A stretch of 64,000 nt of DNA from a virus. This document shows, piece by piece, positions 20,192 through 30,252 of the stretch. Where the stretch lies: positions 86,183 to 150,182 of the IMG/VR virus record IMGVR_UViG_3300008255_000101; one strand, 5' to 3'. Every line of letters starts with the position of its first letter. The stretch's first letter is position 1. A program made the position numbers and the translations under genes. The notes under the pieces were generated by a model. It ran no database searches, was not told the origin of the DNA, and worked only from the letters and a program-made list of their open reading frames with translations.

Positions 20192-21826
20192 CTAGATACC
20201 GTCTAGGATGGCGGGCCATGTCCGTAAAACTTTTTTCTCGTGGTCCGAGGGACGCCTTACGTTGTCAAGAACAAATTTCAGCATATAATCCTTGTCAACG
20301 GGTCCTTTATGGTCCACAACGTGTTGCACCACATCGTCACCCACGGGCTGTCCGTTCCTGCGTTCATCCACAAATCGAAGTACAGCGGCGGCATCCTTTC
20401 GTGTGAACCCCAGCTTAGAGATATCAGACAATTTGGGTACTGAGGCCATGGCCATTAGGGACGCGGCAAGCTTCACATTCTGGATCTTGGTGACGTCCAC
20501 TGAGTACTTGTCTTGCAAGTACCTGGCAGTGTTGTGAGATGACGCCTCTTTCACCAGAGAGTCCGACTGTCTGAAAATGCTTTCAGTGTCCGCATTGTCC
20601 TCGCCCACTTCTTCCGTAGGATTCTTATCCTTGAAGGCTTCGTTGACCTGGTCCATGAGCTGTTGCTTGATCTGAAGCATAAGCCCGTCTTGAATTTCCT
20701 TTTTAATGGAATCCAAAGGAGTGGCCTGTGCTTCCTCAGGTGTAGTCTGGGGGTCAGCGGGGTCAGCGGCGGCATCTTCCCCGAATAGGCTATCGGCGCC
20801 AGCACCAGCATCTCCACCGGCACCTGCTTCAGGTTCAGGGAAATCTGCGTCGCTCTTACCCTCAGCAGGAGCCTCAGCAGGCTCACCAAATCTGGCGGAG
20901 GAGTCGTCCTCACCTTCAGCTATCTTCATAGAAGCGGCTTTAGCAAAAGCAGACACATCATGGTGCTCAGTTTTGATTACTTCGCGGGACTTAACATTCT
21001 CCATGAGGGGGTCGCCCGTTCCGCGAGCGGCAGCTTTAGCGGCCTGGTACACAGCCTTGGGAGGAGACACGATGTTACGTATCACAGCACCAGGGAACGC
21101 AGGCTTGCGGACCCAGGAGGCATCAATGAATGTGACACTCGACGGGTCCTTCTTGTCACCGCAGATCTCGGCGATGATTCGCTTGTTCCCGTTATCATCG
21201 TAGAAAGTGTTTCTACGGTAGAAACGGATATGCTCACAATGTTCGGATTCGTCTTTGGCCGTCTTACCACAACGACTACAGGTTGAGTACTGTATGAGGC
21301 AGCCCATACTAACGGCGTTGTACTCACCGGTCAGGATCTTGTTACAAATGTCAGGGTATTCCCAGCTGGTAGCGATCAACAGATCCACATACAGAGTGGT
21401 GAGGGGGTTGCCACGGGAATCTAGTCCCAGATCGACTTCCCTGATGGCCGCGTCAATAACTTTACCCTTGGAGTGTTCCGGCAGCTGGACATGCTCAACA
21501 TAGTTGTTGGCGCCCACGAAAGTCTTGTAGGTGGCTGCAAGAAGATCTCTTTCCCAGCAGTCTCCATTATTGTTCACAAAGATGCTGTGCTCTGGCTTGA
21601 TGAGGTAGGCAGACTTGGGGTCTCCTGACTTAGCTTCTTCCAGATCCACGGAAGCCATGATAGTGACGTGAGAAAGGAGCCACTTAGACGGATCGTACTT
21701 TGACAAGGCCTCTGAAGCAGTCTTGACCTGGCCCCCTGAACGATTCCTGGATGTAGCGTTCACCCATTTACTGGCATTTACTCGGGGAGTAACCAGAAGG
21801 GCTTTACTTTCTTTTCTCATTGCCAT
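20192..21826 (-). CDS. Prohead (maturation) protease with an acidic C-terminal extension
   Basis: NNNGD...YKTFVG..NYVEH...KGKVIDA...VSMGC...CSRCG...ASWV..PAF pattern of HK97/assemblin-type proteases with a zinc insert. Confidence 0.8.
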   Translation of the reverse strand: MAMRKESKALLVTPRVNASKWVNATSRNRSGGQVKTASEALSKYDPSKWLLSHVTIMASVDLEEAKSGDPKSAYLIKPEHSIFVNNNGDCWERDLLAATYKTFVGANNYVEHVQLPEHSKGKVIDAAIREVDLGLDSRGNPLTTLYVDLLIATSWEYPDICNKILTGEYNAVSMGCLIQYSTCSRCGKTAKDESEHCEHIRFYRRNTFYDDNGNKRIIAEICGDKKDPSSVTFIDASWVRKPAFPGAVIRNIVSPPKAVYQAAKAAARGTGDPLMENVKSREVIKTEHHDVSAFAKAASMKIAEGEDDSSARFGEPAEAPAEGKSDADFPEPEAGAGGDAGAGADSLFGEDAAADPADPQTTPEEAQATPLDSIKKEIQDGLMLQIKQQLMDQVNEAFKDKNPTEEVGEDNADTESIFRQSDSLVKEASSHNTARYLQDKYSVDVTKIQNVKLAASLMAMASVPKLSDISKLGFTRKDAAAVLRFVDERRNGQPVGDDVVQHVVDHKGPVDKDYMLKFVLDNVRRPSDHEKKVLRTWPAILDGI

Positions 21827-21830
21827 GGTA

Positions 21831-21980
21831 TTATTTCTCTTCTTTGTTTTCTTCCTCTACACCAACTTCTTTACCCATGGCGCCATTTTGCTTGGCGGGG
21901 ATACCCGTGTTCTTGATCCGACCCCAGCTGGGGTTGGTGGACACGGGGGAAATCGATGCGCCTCTCTTAATCATTGCCAT
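21831..21980 (-). CDS. Small 49-aa protein (below the ORF-track cutoff)
   Basis: GGAGG RBS; MAMIKRGASISPV...EEK; fills the gap between neighbouring genes. Confidence 0.55.
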   Translation of the reverse strand: MAMIKRGASISPVSTNPSWGRIKNTGIPAKQNGAMGKEVGVEEENKEEK

Positions 21981-21993
21981 GAGAAGCCTCCTG

Positions 21994-22563
21994 TTATTCT
22001 TCGTTGTATTCCTGGGTAAGGGCTTGCTTGATCAAGCTGTCACTCAGATAGGAACCGTGTTTGTCGTACATGATGTCGTAAGCCTGCATGGCCGTTTTGC
22101 CAGCACTTCTCAGGGAAGCGGCTTCGTCCATCACAGTGTTGGCGACGCGAAGGGCATGCTGGGCAGTCAGGTCATCAGCGTTCTTACGGAACGACGCCAT
22201 CTTGTTGTGCATGTCCACCATAGCCTCGAAGCTGCGAGCGACCACAGATGCGGCCTTTTCACGGAAAGACGGGGTCATGGTGCCAAATGTCTCGGCGGAC
22301 ATTTGCTTGTCGTAAGAGTCGTACCCGTTGTCTTCCTGCACCACGGACATACCCTGGAACTTGGGTACCAGGATTAATTCTTCGGGGGCATGTTGCTGGG
22401 TTTCTCCGATGGGCCATGTCACCCAGACCTTATAGGTCTTGGGGCTTACGGCTACGACTTTTCCCACATAAGGGGAAACATCGGTAGAGCTGGTGAACCA
22501 ACGTACGTTGTCGCCCACCTTGAAGTCCTCAGCGGCAACTGAGATAGGGTATAAAGCGGCCAT
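21994..22563 (-). CDS. Head-associated protein with an SH3-like N-terminus
   Basis: FKVGDNVRW...VGKVVAV...KVWVTWP; KAAS and KMAS motifs. Confidence 0.6.
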   Translation of the reverse strand: MAALYPISVAAEDFKVGDNVRWFTSSTDVSPYVGKVVAVSPKTYKVWVTWPIGETQQHAPEELILVPKFQGMSVVQEDNGYDSYDKQMSAETFGTMTPSFREKAASVVARSFEAMVDMHNKMASFRKNADDLTAQHALRVANTVMDEAASLRSAGKTAMQAYDIMYDKHGSYLSDSLIKQALTQEYNEE

Positions 22564-22653
22564 GATCACTCCACGGGCTGAAATTCTAAGGCATACCACA
22601 CCCTAGGTGCAGCATTATTCAAATTCCGGTGGACGATTAAGAGATTATAAGTA

Positions 22654-23247
22654 CTAGGAGTACTTGTGCTGTGTTCTGTTCAAGAAGTGCATCAAAGTCC
22701 CGTAGCGCTTGGCAGGCTTGGGGGCTACCCTATCTGCTTCCATACTGGCCGCTGGGACATTGTTTTCCTGGTCCTTACGGAAGGCTTCCAGTACCACATC
22801 CATTTCACGTAGGACCTGATCCTCTTGGCCCCGCGGCATGGATGCTGATATGCTGTGGACGAAGTCCATAACCTTGTCTCCCCGTGTGGGGTCATCCATA
22901 TGAACAGAGCGTGCCACGGTCCTGAGGTCTTCCAGAAGTTTTCCCCATCGACTTAGCAGGTGCTTCAGGCCCTGCAGTTTGTGGGAGTCGTCCAGAGTAT
23001 CAATGTCCTTGACTTCTTTGCGAATGACATCTAGGGCTCCAGGTATGTCGGCACCAACTAATTGGCTTACAAAGGTACCGCGAGCCTCTTCGCTCATTAC
23101 GGGGTTGTTGCGGATATCCAAAAAGGAGGTTAGGTTACCGGCAGTTTTTTCCGCAGGTCCCTCTAAGTTAGCAGCAGCCAGCAGAAGGTCGTACCCTTCC
23201 ATTTCCTTTTTCTTAGCCTCGATGAGGTTACTCAGATTCGCAAACAT
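22654..23247 (-). CDS. Hypothetical head-associated protein
   Basis: Late-promoter-like motif upstream; KTAG motif. Confidence 0.6.
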   Translation of the reverse strand: MFANLSNLIEAKKKEMEGYDLLLAAANLEGPAEKTAGNLTSFLDIRNNPVMSEEARGTFVSQLVGADIPGALDVIRKEVKDIDTLDDSHKLQGLKHLLSRWGKLLEDLRTVARSVHMDDPTRGDKVMDFVHSISASMPRGQEDQVLREMDVVLEAFRKDQENNVPAASMEADRVAPKPAKRYGTLMHFLNRTQHKYS

Positions 23248-23339
23248 AAGCTATTCCCTATTTTTAGGACCTACACAGGCTATTAATAGGTTATAAACCG
23301 GTGGGTACTTTATATGCTTGGGTATCGGAGGATACCCCT

Positions 23340-23840
23340 ATGGCCTTAGAACAAACAATCACTTCTGCTGAGTGGGAGACTCTTTTAGGTCTGTACGTGG
23401 ATACGTATGGCTTGGACAGGAAAGCTACTCCTGCGGAGGCCCTTTATTCCGAGACCACATCACTAGGGGTAGTGGACCCTGTGTTCCCCGTTTTAGCTGG
23501 GCACATTTGGCCAGGAGAGGAGACCCCCGACAGACCTGAGACGTTCGGGCACCTGTTGGAAGGTATTGCAGCATGGGTTAGTAACAGAAGCTGTACGGAC
23601 TACATCCCCCTGCGTGCCAAACAGTTAACCAATTGCAGTGAAGTCCTGAACAGGCCCCTTACGGACATGGTGTTCTTTATTCACAAAAACCGGGAGGCCA
23701 ATACCAACTACAACAACATGATGGAAAGCATGCGAGAACAAGCTGACCTAGGTCTCGGTCTGGGAATCCCTGCGAACGAGCTGTGGCCCATGAGGTCTGA
23801 AAAAGTTATCGCCATGTGGCGGATCAAGATCGGAAAGTGA
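23340..23840 (+). CDS. Hypothetical protein ending in WRIKIGK
   Basis: GGAGG RBS; C-terminus shared with 24153..24632. Confidence 0.65.
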   Translation: MALEQTITSAEWETLLGLYVDTYGLDRKATPAEALYSETTSLGVVDPVFPVLAGHIWPGEETPDRPETFGHLLEGIAAWVSNRSCTDYIPLRAKQLTNCSEVLNRPLTDMVFFIHKNREANTNYNNMMESMREQADLGLGLGIPANELWPMRSEKVIAMWRIKIGK

Positions 23841-24051
23841 TCAGATCAGCTAGGACCTCATCACTGTGCTGCCGGATGCCATTGACCTCTTGCTCGGTCA
23901 CGCCCTCGGGGTAGTGCACACCATTTTCGTGAAGGTATTTCACCAAACCGTCCAGGGACCCAGGTGAGACCAGGAAAGTTAAGGCCCTGCTGCCATCTAT
24001 CCTGATCACGTGACCGTCAGGCATTACTTCACGAACTTCTTTACTCACCAT
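23824..24051 (-). CDS. Small hypothetical protein
   Basis: Preceded by a TTAAAT-N17-TATATT promoter and an AAGGGG RBS. Confidence 0.55.
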   Translation of the reverse strand: MVSKEVREVMPDGHVIRIDGSRALTFLVSPGSLDGLVKYLHENGVHYPEGVTEQEVNGIRQHSDEVLADLITFRS

Positions 24052-24152
24052 ATGGATAAGACCCCTTTTTGAACTTTTTCAATATACAATTTCTTTTCCT
24101 GTTATTTAATGGATCAGGGGTTATATACTGTTAGTAGAGAGAGGATAGTTCT

Positions 24153-24632
24153 ATGGGAAAGCTACTTACAAAAAACGACATAGACCTACTGGTCCGCATG
24201 TATGAAGAAGCCTCCCACGCTAGTTGGAGTGAGATCCACTACATGTCACGGGAGAAACGGTTCGATTTCAACTTCCACTATTTTTCCAACGACATAGCAG
24301 TCATTCTGAATCTATTTGAGGGGGTCTCATTCCACTCCACGGGTATCATGTACGTGTCCGAGCTCGCCAATCCCGTTCACCATGCTTTGGCTAGACTGGA
24401 CGGATGCTCCCTACCTGAAGAGGCTAAGCTTGCCAGGGAAGAGAGGAAGCTCATGGTGCGCCTTTTAAAATCCCCTCTGCCCACCGCTATCGAATACCTC
24501 AGCCACGAGTCCTTTGACCCTGCGGACTACCGGGGCCGCCTACAGATGGGTACAACCAGAACCCCCGTGCGTCCTGGGAATTTATCACACATTGCCTTAG
24601 TGGCTGCCTGGAGAGTTAAAATTGGAAAATAG
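24153..24632 (+). CDS. Hypothetical protein ending in WRVKIGK
   Basis: GAGAGGA RBS; terminator follows. Confidence 0.7.
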   Translation: MGKLLTKNDIDLLVRMYEEASHASWSEIHYMSREKRFDFNFHYFSNDIAVILNLFEGVSFHSTGIMYVSELANPVHHALARLDGCSLPEEAKLAREERKLMVRLLKSPLPTAIEYLSHESFDPADYRGRLQMGTTRTPVRPGNLSHIALVAAWRVKIGK

Positions 24633-24667
24633 AAAAGCTCCCCGCTTTCACGAGGAGCTTGACTTTT
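24633..24667. terminator. Terminator between convergent genes
   Basis: AAGCTCC...GGAGCTT stem flanked by A/T tracts. Confidence 0.6.
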
Positions 24668-24677
24668 ATCAGTAATG

Positions 24678-25445
24678 TCACCCTAAAGCGTTGTAGGCAT
24701 TTCTGAAATTGTTTGTGTACCCTCTTAGGGTATTTACGAACTGCAAGAAGTTGGGACCCTTCCACCGATCGATTTTTCCGGCCATGTCTATGATGTTGGC
24801 AAAAAGCTCCAGAGCCTTCTTGGCCTGAGGGATCTTGTTAGGATCCTTCTGAGCGAAGGTCTTCTTTCCAAATTCTAGCAAAGAGGCATCCGTCTTGTAC
24901 AGAGAGGGGAAGTCCTTCAGGAACATACGGAGTTCGTTCATTTCCTGGGGGTTAGCTCCTTTCTCATTCTGGATTCGATTAGCCAAGTTCTGCATAGCTG
25001 CTTCGTAGTTAAGAGCACCGCCCGCTGCGGGAGGAGCCCCGTTACGAAGGGCCACCAGGGACCCCCAAGCTTTCTTAACCAGATCCTGCCAGTAGGCCTT
25101 ATGTCCTGGATCGCTGTTCTTAGCCACGATCTCGGCCTGATCCAATGGCTCGGTGAGAGACTTCTCGAAGTTGGTACCGTAGTCGGCTTCCTTGGATTCT
25201 TCTCCACCTTCGTCCAACACATTTAGGGCGGCCAACTGCTTAACCTTATTGGCTATCAAAGCTTGCAGAACTTCTCCTGATGGTATCCCCATGGAGAGAT
25301 CCACGCTTTGTTCGAAAGCGAGGCATTCCTCTAGGGCACCTAGGGCCTGTAACTCAGCTTGCTTAGAAGCCATAGCTTCCTGGATGTCGGGTATACCCGC
25401 CAGGGCTGCCAAGATTACTCTGTGTTGGTCACTTTTTACGGACAT
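24678..25445 (-). CDS. Hypothetical head-region protein
   Basis: Operon packing; predicted helical. Confidence 0.65.
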   Translation of the reverse strand: MSVKSDQHRVILAALAGIPDIQEAMASKQAELQALGALEECLAFEQSVDLSMGIPSGEVLQALIANKVKQLAALNVLDEGGEESKEADYGTNFEKSLTEPLDQAEIVAKNSDPGHKAYWQDLVKKAWGSLVALRNGAPPAAGGALNYEAAMQNLANRIQNEKGANPQEMNELRMFLKDFPSLYKTDASLLEFGKKTFAQKDPNKIPQAKKALELFANIIDMAGKIDRWKGPNFLQFVNTLRGYTNNFRNAYNALG

Positions 25446-25449
25446 GGTC

Positions 25450-25956
25450 TTACATCTTTTGGTAGGGAGCAGGATTCTTTACGAAGTTGGCTACTTCCAC
25501 GGTGTCATCCGTTTCGAGCTTCTTGGCAAAAGGTTTGCCCTTGTCTTCAGAGGGAATTTCCACGACACCGTCGCGGAAGAACTGGTCCACCTCGGGTTCG
25601 GGGTCGACGAGGTCCTTCTCATACACGAAAGAGTTTTTGCGAACAGCCTCAGCAGCAAGCCTAAGCTCACCGGCCTGTACGCGGATTTCTTCCTTGTCGG
25701 ACTTTTCCAACTCGGAGGCTACACTTTCCAGGATTTCCAAAGAGGCTGCTTTGTATTCGTCAGAAAGCATGAGGACCATGCCGCCTTCTTCAGGCTCTGC
25801 TTCGGGTTCGCCTTCCGTCACTACGGGCATGGGGTCACCTTCGACTCTCATGGCTCCGCCCTTCAGTAGGTCCTGTGCTTCAGAAAGTTTTTGCAAACCT
25901 TCCAGCTCAAGGGAAGCTGCCTTTTTCATTCTCTGGATGTCTTCTTGATTAAGCAT
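25450..25956 (-). CDS. Acidic head-region protein
   Basis: Two KAAS motifs; start refined using the RBS. Confidence 0.65.
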   Translation of the reverse strand: MLNQEDIQRMKKAASLELEGLQKLSEAQDLLKGGAMRVEGDPMPVVTEGEPEAEPEEGGMVLMLSDEYKAASLEILESVASELEKSDKEEIRVQAGELRLAAEAVRKNSFVYEKDLVDPEPEVDQFFRDGVVEIPSEDKGKPFAKKLETDDTVEVANFVKNPAPYQKM

Positions 25957-25969
25957 AGCTCTAATTCCT

Positions 25970-26245
25970 TTACTCGAAAGTATTCTCGCTGCCTTCACCG
26001 CTGGCAGACTTAGTCTTGGAGAACCCGTTGTAGGCCATGGCCATTCCGATGAATGCCAGGATACCCGTGTCGGGGCCAGCGCCGGTGATCATGTAGTGCT
26101 TACACATGATCACTAGGATCACCAGAAGAGGAGCTCTCCCGATGGAAACCTTGCGTTTACCTGCAGGATTGGTGTCCGTGAACAGGGGGAGGAAACCTCC
26201 CAGTAGGCCAGTCACAGCCTTTATTGCTTTCTTGACCATTTCCAT
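25970..26245 (-). CDS. Small membrane protein (holin-like)
   Basis: VSIGR followed by two hydrophobic helices and a charged tail; GGAGG RBS. Confidence 0.55.
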   Translation of the reverse strand: MEMVKKAIKAVTGLLGGFLPLFTDTNPAGKRKVSIGRAPLLVILVIMCKHYMITGAGPDTGILAFIGMAMAYNGFSKTKSASGEGSENTFE

Positions 26246-26246
26246 G

Positions 26247-27326
26247 TTAGGCCTCCGCTTTACCCATAGGGGCATCTTTATGTGATTCGATGAGCTTCAT
26301 CAGCTCCTCGTAGTAGTTTTTGGTATCCAATATGGAGTTCACCAAGCGAGTGGCGCGCTCATAATCCTGAGGGTTCCACAGATTCTTGAACATGTCCCTG
26401 TTGGCTGGGTTAAGAAGAAATTCCTTCTGGATTTTTTTGGCAGTGGGGTTTGGTTCCCATCCTGCACCGGCCTTATGCCATTCTTCGATAAGCTGAATGA
26501 GCCAGGGAAAATTCTTCTGGATATCGGTGTCGTCCGGGTTAGACGGACGATTTTCTTCACCAGGCTGGTCTGAGGGACCGGTGCCCGGGCTGAAAAAGGA
26601 TTCTTTCTCCAAGGTATTCGCCACAGCGTCCAGTTTGGCGGCGAGAGCCTCCATACCAGCGTCCTGGATGCTACCGGCTACTTTATCCAGCTGGCCAAGG
26701 ATAGATGACAAAATCACAGTGTCGCCCTTGCTAAGCATTTTCTTGACGGTAGCACGTTGACGTCCGCTCATCTGGGAGACAGCTTTATTGGTCTGACCGC
26801 TGGACTGCTGCTGGGCCCGTCCGCTTGGTTTAAGCTTAACTACCACGCCCTTCTTGGGCGGAGCGACGGGAGCGGCTTCCGCTGCCATTTTACTCATCTC
26901 ATCAGGGGTCTGTCCGTTCTTGTTGGTAAACTCCATGTTCTGGTCTTCCTTTTCTTCCACCTTCTTTTCTTCAGAAGGGGTCAAGAGTTTGTCCACCATA
27001 TCCGCTAAGAGAGTGGAGGTACTAGCGCTGACCTTGCTTTGCCACTTACCTTCGTCCATGCTTCCTATGGCCATGGAGACGGCTGAGTTTACGGCGGCCA
27101 CACGATTATCTTCCAAGAGATCTTTGTCCACACAGTTCAAAGCGAACTTAGCGAGCTTCTCCATATCGTCATCGGTGATCTCGTAGGCCTGGGTCTCTTT
27201 CTCACGGGAGTCCCCGCGGTTGACCACTTCTTCAATCACAGGTTGTTTCTCGTAAAAGAAATAATCCTGAGCGTTGTTCTTAACCTCAGGGTGCTGCTCC
27301 AGAATGTTTTCGTCTTTCTTGCTCAT
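26247..27326 (-). CDS. Hypothetical head-region protein
   Basis: LDKVAGSIQDAGMEALAAKLDAVANTLE helix; late-promoter-like motif upstream. Confidence 0.65.
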   Translation of the reverse strand: MSKKDENILEQHPEVKNNAQDYFFYEKQPVIEEVVNRGDSREKETQAYEITDDDMEKLAKFALNCVDKDLLEDNRVAAVNSAVSMAIGSMDEGKWQSKVSASTSTLLADMVDKLLTPSEEKKVEEKEDQNMEFTNKNGQTPDEMSKMAAEAAPVAPPKKGVVVKLKPSGRAQQQSSGQTNKAVSQMSGRQRATVKKMLSKGDTVILSSILGQLDKVAGSIQDAGMEALAAKLDAVANTLEKESFFSPGTGPSDQPGEENRPSNPDDTDIQKNFPWLIQLIEEWHKAGAGWEPNPTAKKIQKEFLLNPANRDMFKNLWNPQDYERATRLVNSILDTKNYYEELMKLIESHKDAPMGKAEA

Positions 27327-27411
27327 GGTTCGACCCATCCGTGTATAAAGTTCTTATGCCTGGGGCCCTAGGACCGGCAGGCTTACCGATTCCTTGGGAA
27401 CGATTAAAAGA

Positions 27412-27723
27412 TTATCCCAGCTGTTTTTTAACTTTTCCAGCAAATTGGCGTAGGACCTCTTCGCTCGCGAACCGAGACATGTCGGTGCTAGCTTTAGCCC
27501 CTATCGCGTCTTCTCCTGGAAATGACGAAACATCCGCCTCCAACCCTTCTCTCATCTTACTGAGATCGAACTGAAGCTTGTTGGCAGCACGCTGCTGCTT
27601 AAGCATCTCTTTCTTTAGGTCGTCGGAAGTTACAAGTTCTTCTGCATCCTTTTCAGAAAATGACTTCAGAGAGGTTTCCAGATTTTTAAGCTGGTTCATT
27701 AATTCCTGGTATAGCTCATCCAT
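27412..27723 (-). CDS. Small head-region protein
   Basis: Coupled to the upstream gene; RFAS motif. Confidence 0.6.
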   Translation of the reverse strand: MDELYQELMNQLKNLETSLKSFSEKDAEELVTSDDLKKEMLKQQRAANKLQFDLSKMREGLEADVSSFPGEDAIGAKASTDMSRFASEEVLRQFAGKVKKQLG

Positions 27724-27994
27724 CTTGGCCTTCCTTGCTCTTCTTGGGTCCCTTAGGGATGTACCCATTTCCGTTTTCTTCCCGATACTCTTTTTGGTAC
27801 TGGTTGCGGTACTCTCTCGTATCTGTCACATTGTTACTCTTGCGCCGTGGAGGCTTATCATTTGGCATTTTCAAAAACGGCTTTTCCTTCGTGGAAGAGC
27901 CGTCCTCCAATAACCGGGATTCTTTGTTCTCCACCATTTCCTGAGCCAGCTTTCGTAGCTCGGACGCTATGATCAACTTCTTAGTCAATTCCAT
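27716..27994 (-). CDS. Small head-region protein
   Basis: Overlaps the portal stop codon; IIASELRKLA. Confidence 0.6.
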   Translation of the reverse strand: MELTKKLIIASELRKLAQEMVENKESRLLEDGSSTKEKPFLKMPNDKPPRRKSNNVTDTREYRNQYQKEYREENGNGYIPKGPKKSKEGQDG

Positions 27995-29894
27995 TCACCT
28001 TCACTACGGGAGCTTGCCTAGATTTAAGAAACTTGATAACCTTAGCCACACCCTCGGGGTCACTAGCCAATAGAGATTCCAATTCGATTTTTTGGGCCTT
28101 ATCGCTTGCGAACCTTAAGCCCCCAAGTCCGCCTCCGCCACCGCCTGCAGCTTCTCCGCCTGCTTCCTCAGTGGGCTCCTTATATGTGACGCCAAGAGCT
28201 GTAGCCAACTTGGACATGATATCCGTACGGTTAGGCATCTCATTGGCTGCCGCCTGGTACACGCCACGGACCAGGTCGTTAAACGCAGAGTCGTTGACGG
28301 ACAGGAGATCGCTCTTCAGACGGGCTGTGGCCGTGGTGGAGTCTATCCCTATCAAGTCGTAGATGTCTTCGATGGGGACGCTTCCCTTATTGTACAGCTG
28401 CATGAGCTGATCGAATACAGAGTCGTTATCCCTGATGGAGAGACGTGCAAAGGATATCTTAGGGTAGATGACCTTTTCATTACCGTACTTATCCGTTTCC
28501 ACAAAACCTTTTCTGCGGGCCACGGGTTCGAACAGATATTTCTCAATGTACTCCTGCAGCATGTCGCGGAACAGGAGGTACTGAATATTCAGCAATTCCA
28601 AAGTTATCTTGGACCCCGAGTAGGACGCTTCACCAGTCATCATTTCTTTGGTGACACCCAGACCAGCGTACAAGTCCGAGTCATACCGTTCAAACTCAGC
28701 AGAAAGGTCTAGGAGCCTCTGATTGGACCCGTACTCTTCCCAGCTGATTTGGTAGTTAGCTACGATCGAGTAGTCAGGGTCCATAAGGGCCATGTCAATC
28801 TGCGACCTTAAATCTTCCACATCCATCTCACTAAGATCTTCAGCCGTGACCACCCGTATGGGTGTCATGTGCCTACTGGCGATGGATGTCTGGGCCTGGC
28901 GTAGCTTATCCTTGACCAGAAGGGTGTTAACACACCTTTCCAGGATGGATACACCATTGGTTTCGTACTGGGACTTCTTACGTGCAAAATGAAAAACAAA
29001 GGATCCGGCGTTAGGGTCCTGCTCTAGGGGTATGGTTCCTCCCCTAGACACTTGCTCCCTGATTTCCTCAGGGACATCGGGGCGAGAGGATTTGCTCAGG
29101 TTCTTAAAGGCATCTCCACCAGATTCTTCAAATCTTGTGATGGCTGCCTTAGTCTCGGGGTCAGGTAGGTACTCAATGAGGGGGTTGTCCGCAAAAGGGA
29201 TCTTGGTGACACGCACTTGGTCAGGTGGTAGGATGATGAGTTTTCTCCACCCTATGTAGTTGGGGTCTGTGTCCGTTATGCGGTATTCCTTCAGAAGCAT
29301 ATCAGACTGGGCCTTACCCCTCGCTTCAAGGGCTGCCCTAGCATCCTTGCTTAATCCGTCATAGGGATTGTGGTCCTCTGCGAACGTGTGGCAATTGCCT
29401 ATCAGCCAAAATTCATGACTTATTTCCGAAAGGCTTCTGAGCATCTTCAAGCGTTCGGACATCTTATCAAAAAAGCGGTAGCTGTACTCAGCCAAATGTT
29501 CGTTCTTCGCCTTGGGCTTCTGCAGCTTTATTTTGGAAAGGGGTATGGTGGAATGCAGATCGATAGCCGCACCGATGATCTCGGTGGAGTTGTAAAAGTG
29601 GCGATACCACGCCCTGCGTTCCCGCAGATTCTGTGGTTTTTCCAGAAAGTCGGTGGACAGCTGGGGGCTGTACCAATTACCGCCGGAACCCATGGACACG
29701 TCTCCGGATCCGTAGAAGCTGGCGGTTTTACTGGACCCGAACCCGCCGGCTAGAGCTGCCACTTTTTTGCGGGCCATTCTCTCTTTGTCCGAGAGGGGGG
29801 TGCTCTTAGGGATTACATCGGAAACCACGGTCACGCCAGGTGTGCGAGTGTTCGCAACCTTGACCATAGGTGTATTTGATTTTTTTCCAGCCAT
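27981..29894 (-). CDS. Portal protein
   Basis: YRHFY...IGAAIDLHSTIPLS, HEFWLIGN, GVSILERC...KDKLRQAQ...PIRVV, GLGV..EMMTGEASYS; position in the head cluster. Confidence 0.85.
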   Translation of the reverse strand: MAGKKSNTPMVKVANTRTPGVTVVSDVIPKSTPLSDKERMARKKVAALAGGFGSSKTASFYGSGDVSMGSGGNWYSPQLSTDFLEKPQNLRERRAWYRHFYNSTEIIGAAIDLHSTIPLSKIKLQKPKAKNEHLAEYSYRFFDKMSERLKMLRSLSEISHEFWLIGNCHTFAEDHNPYDGLSKDARAALEARGKAQSDMLLKEYRITDTDPNYIGWRKLIILPPDQVRVTKIPFADNPLIEYLPDPETKAAITRFEESGGDAFKNLSKSSRPDVPEEIREQVSRGGTIPLEQDPNAGSFVFHFARKKSQYETNGVSILERCVNTLLVKDKLRQAQTSIASRHMTPIRVVTAEDLSEMDVEDLRSQIDMALMDPDYSIVANYQISWEEYGSNQRLLDLSAEFERYDSDLYAGLGVTKEMMTGEASYSGSKITLELLNIQYLLFRDMLQEYIEKYLFEPVARRKGFVETDKYGNEKVIYPKISFARLSIRDNDSVFDQLMQLYNKGSVPIEDIYDLIGIDSTTATARLKSDLLSVNDSAFNDLVRGVYQAAANEMPNRTDIMSKLATALGVTYKEPTEEAGGEAAGGGGGGLGGLRFASDKAQKIELESLLASDPEGVAKVIKFLKSRQAPVVKVNGID

Positions 29895-29928
29895 CTGTAA
29901 TATTTTCTCCGTATCCTAAAAAAGCCTA

Positions 29929-30252
29929 TCAAGAGACTATGACACTATTCTTCTGGGTATCTTTTAGCCTACCCAAGTTTGAGCGGACCCCAGAGGCTAT
30001 CCGGAGATTGAGACCATTGGCCGCTTTTAGCAGTCGAAGACTGGTGACCCCTTCCTCAGAATTATCCATTCCCTCTAAGACTGCTATGAAGTTTTGAAGC
30101 TCGGAATCCAATTCCGAGGATATGCCACTTAGCTTCCCCAGCACTTTGGAGGCTTCCCCTGACATTTTGGCGAAATTCTGCAGTAGGTTATTCACCTTAT
30201 CTGCCCGGCGCCTTAGTTCGGTAGCCTCATTTGTGGCTTTCGCGGTTTTCAT
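29929..30252 (-). CDS. Small coiled-coil head-region protein
   Basis: Operon packing; RIAS motif. Confidence 0.6.
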   Translation of the reverse strand: MKTAKATNEATELRRRADKVNNLLQNFAKMSGEASKVLGKLSGISSELDSELQNFIAVLEGMDNSEEGVTSLRLLKAANGLNLRIASGVRSNLGRLKDTQKNSVIVS

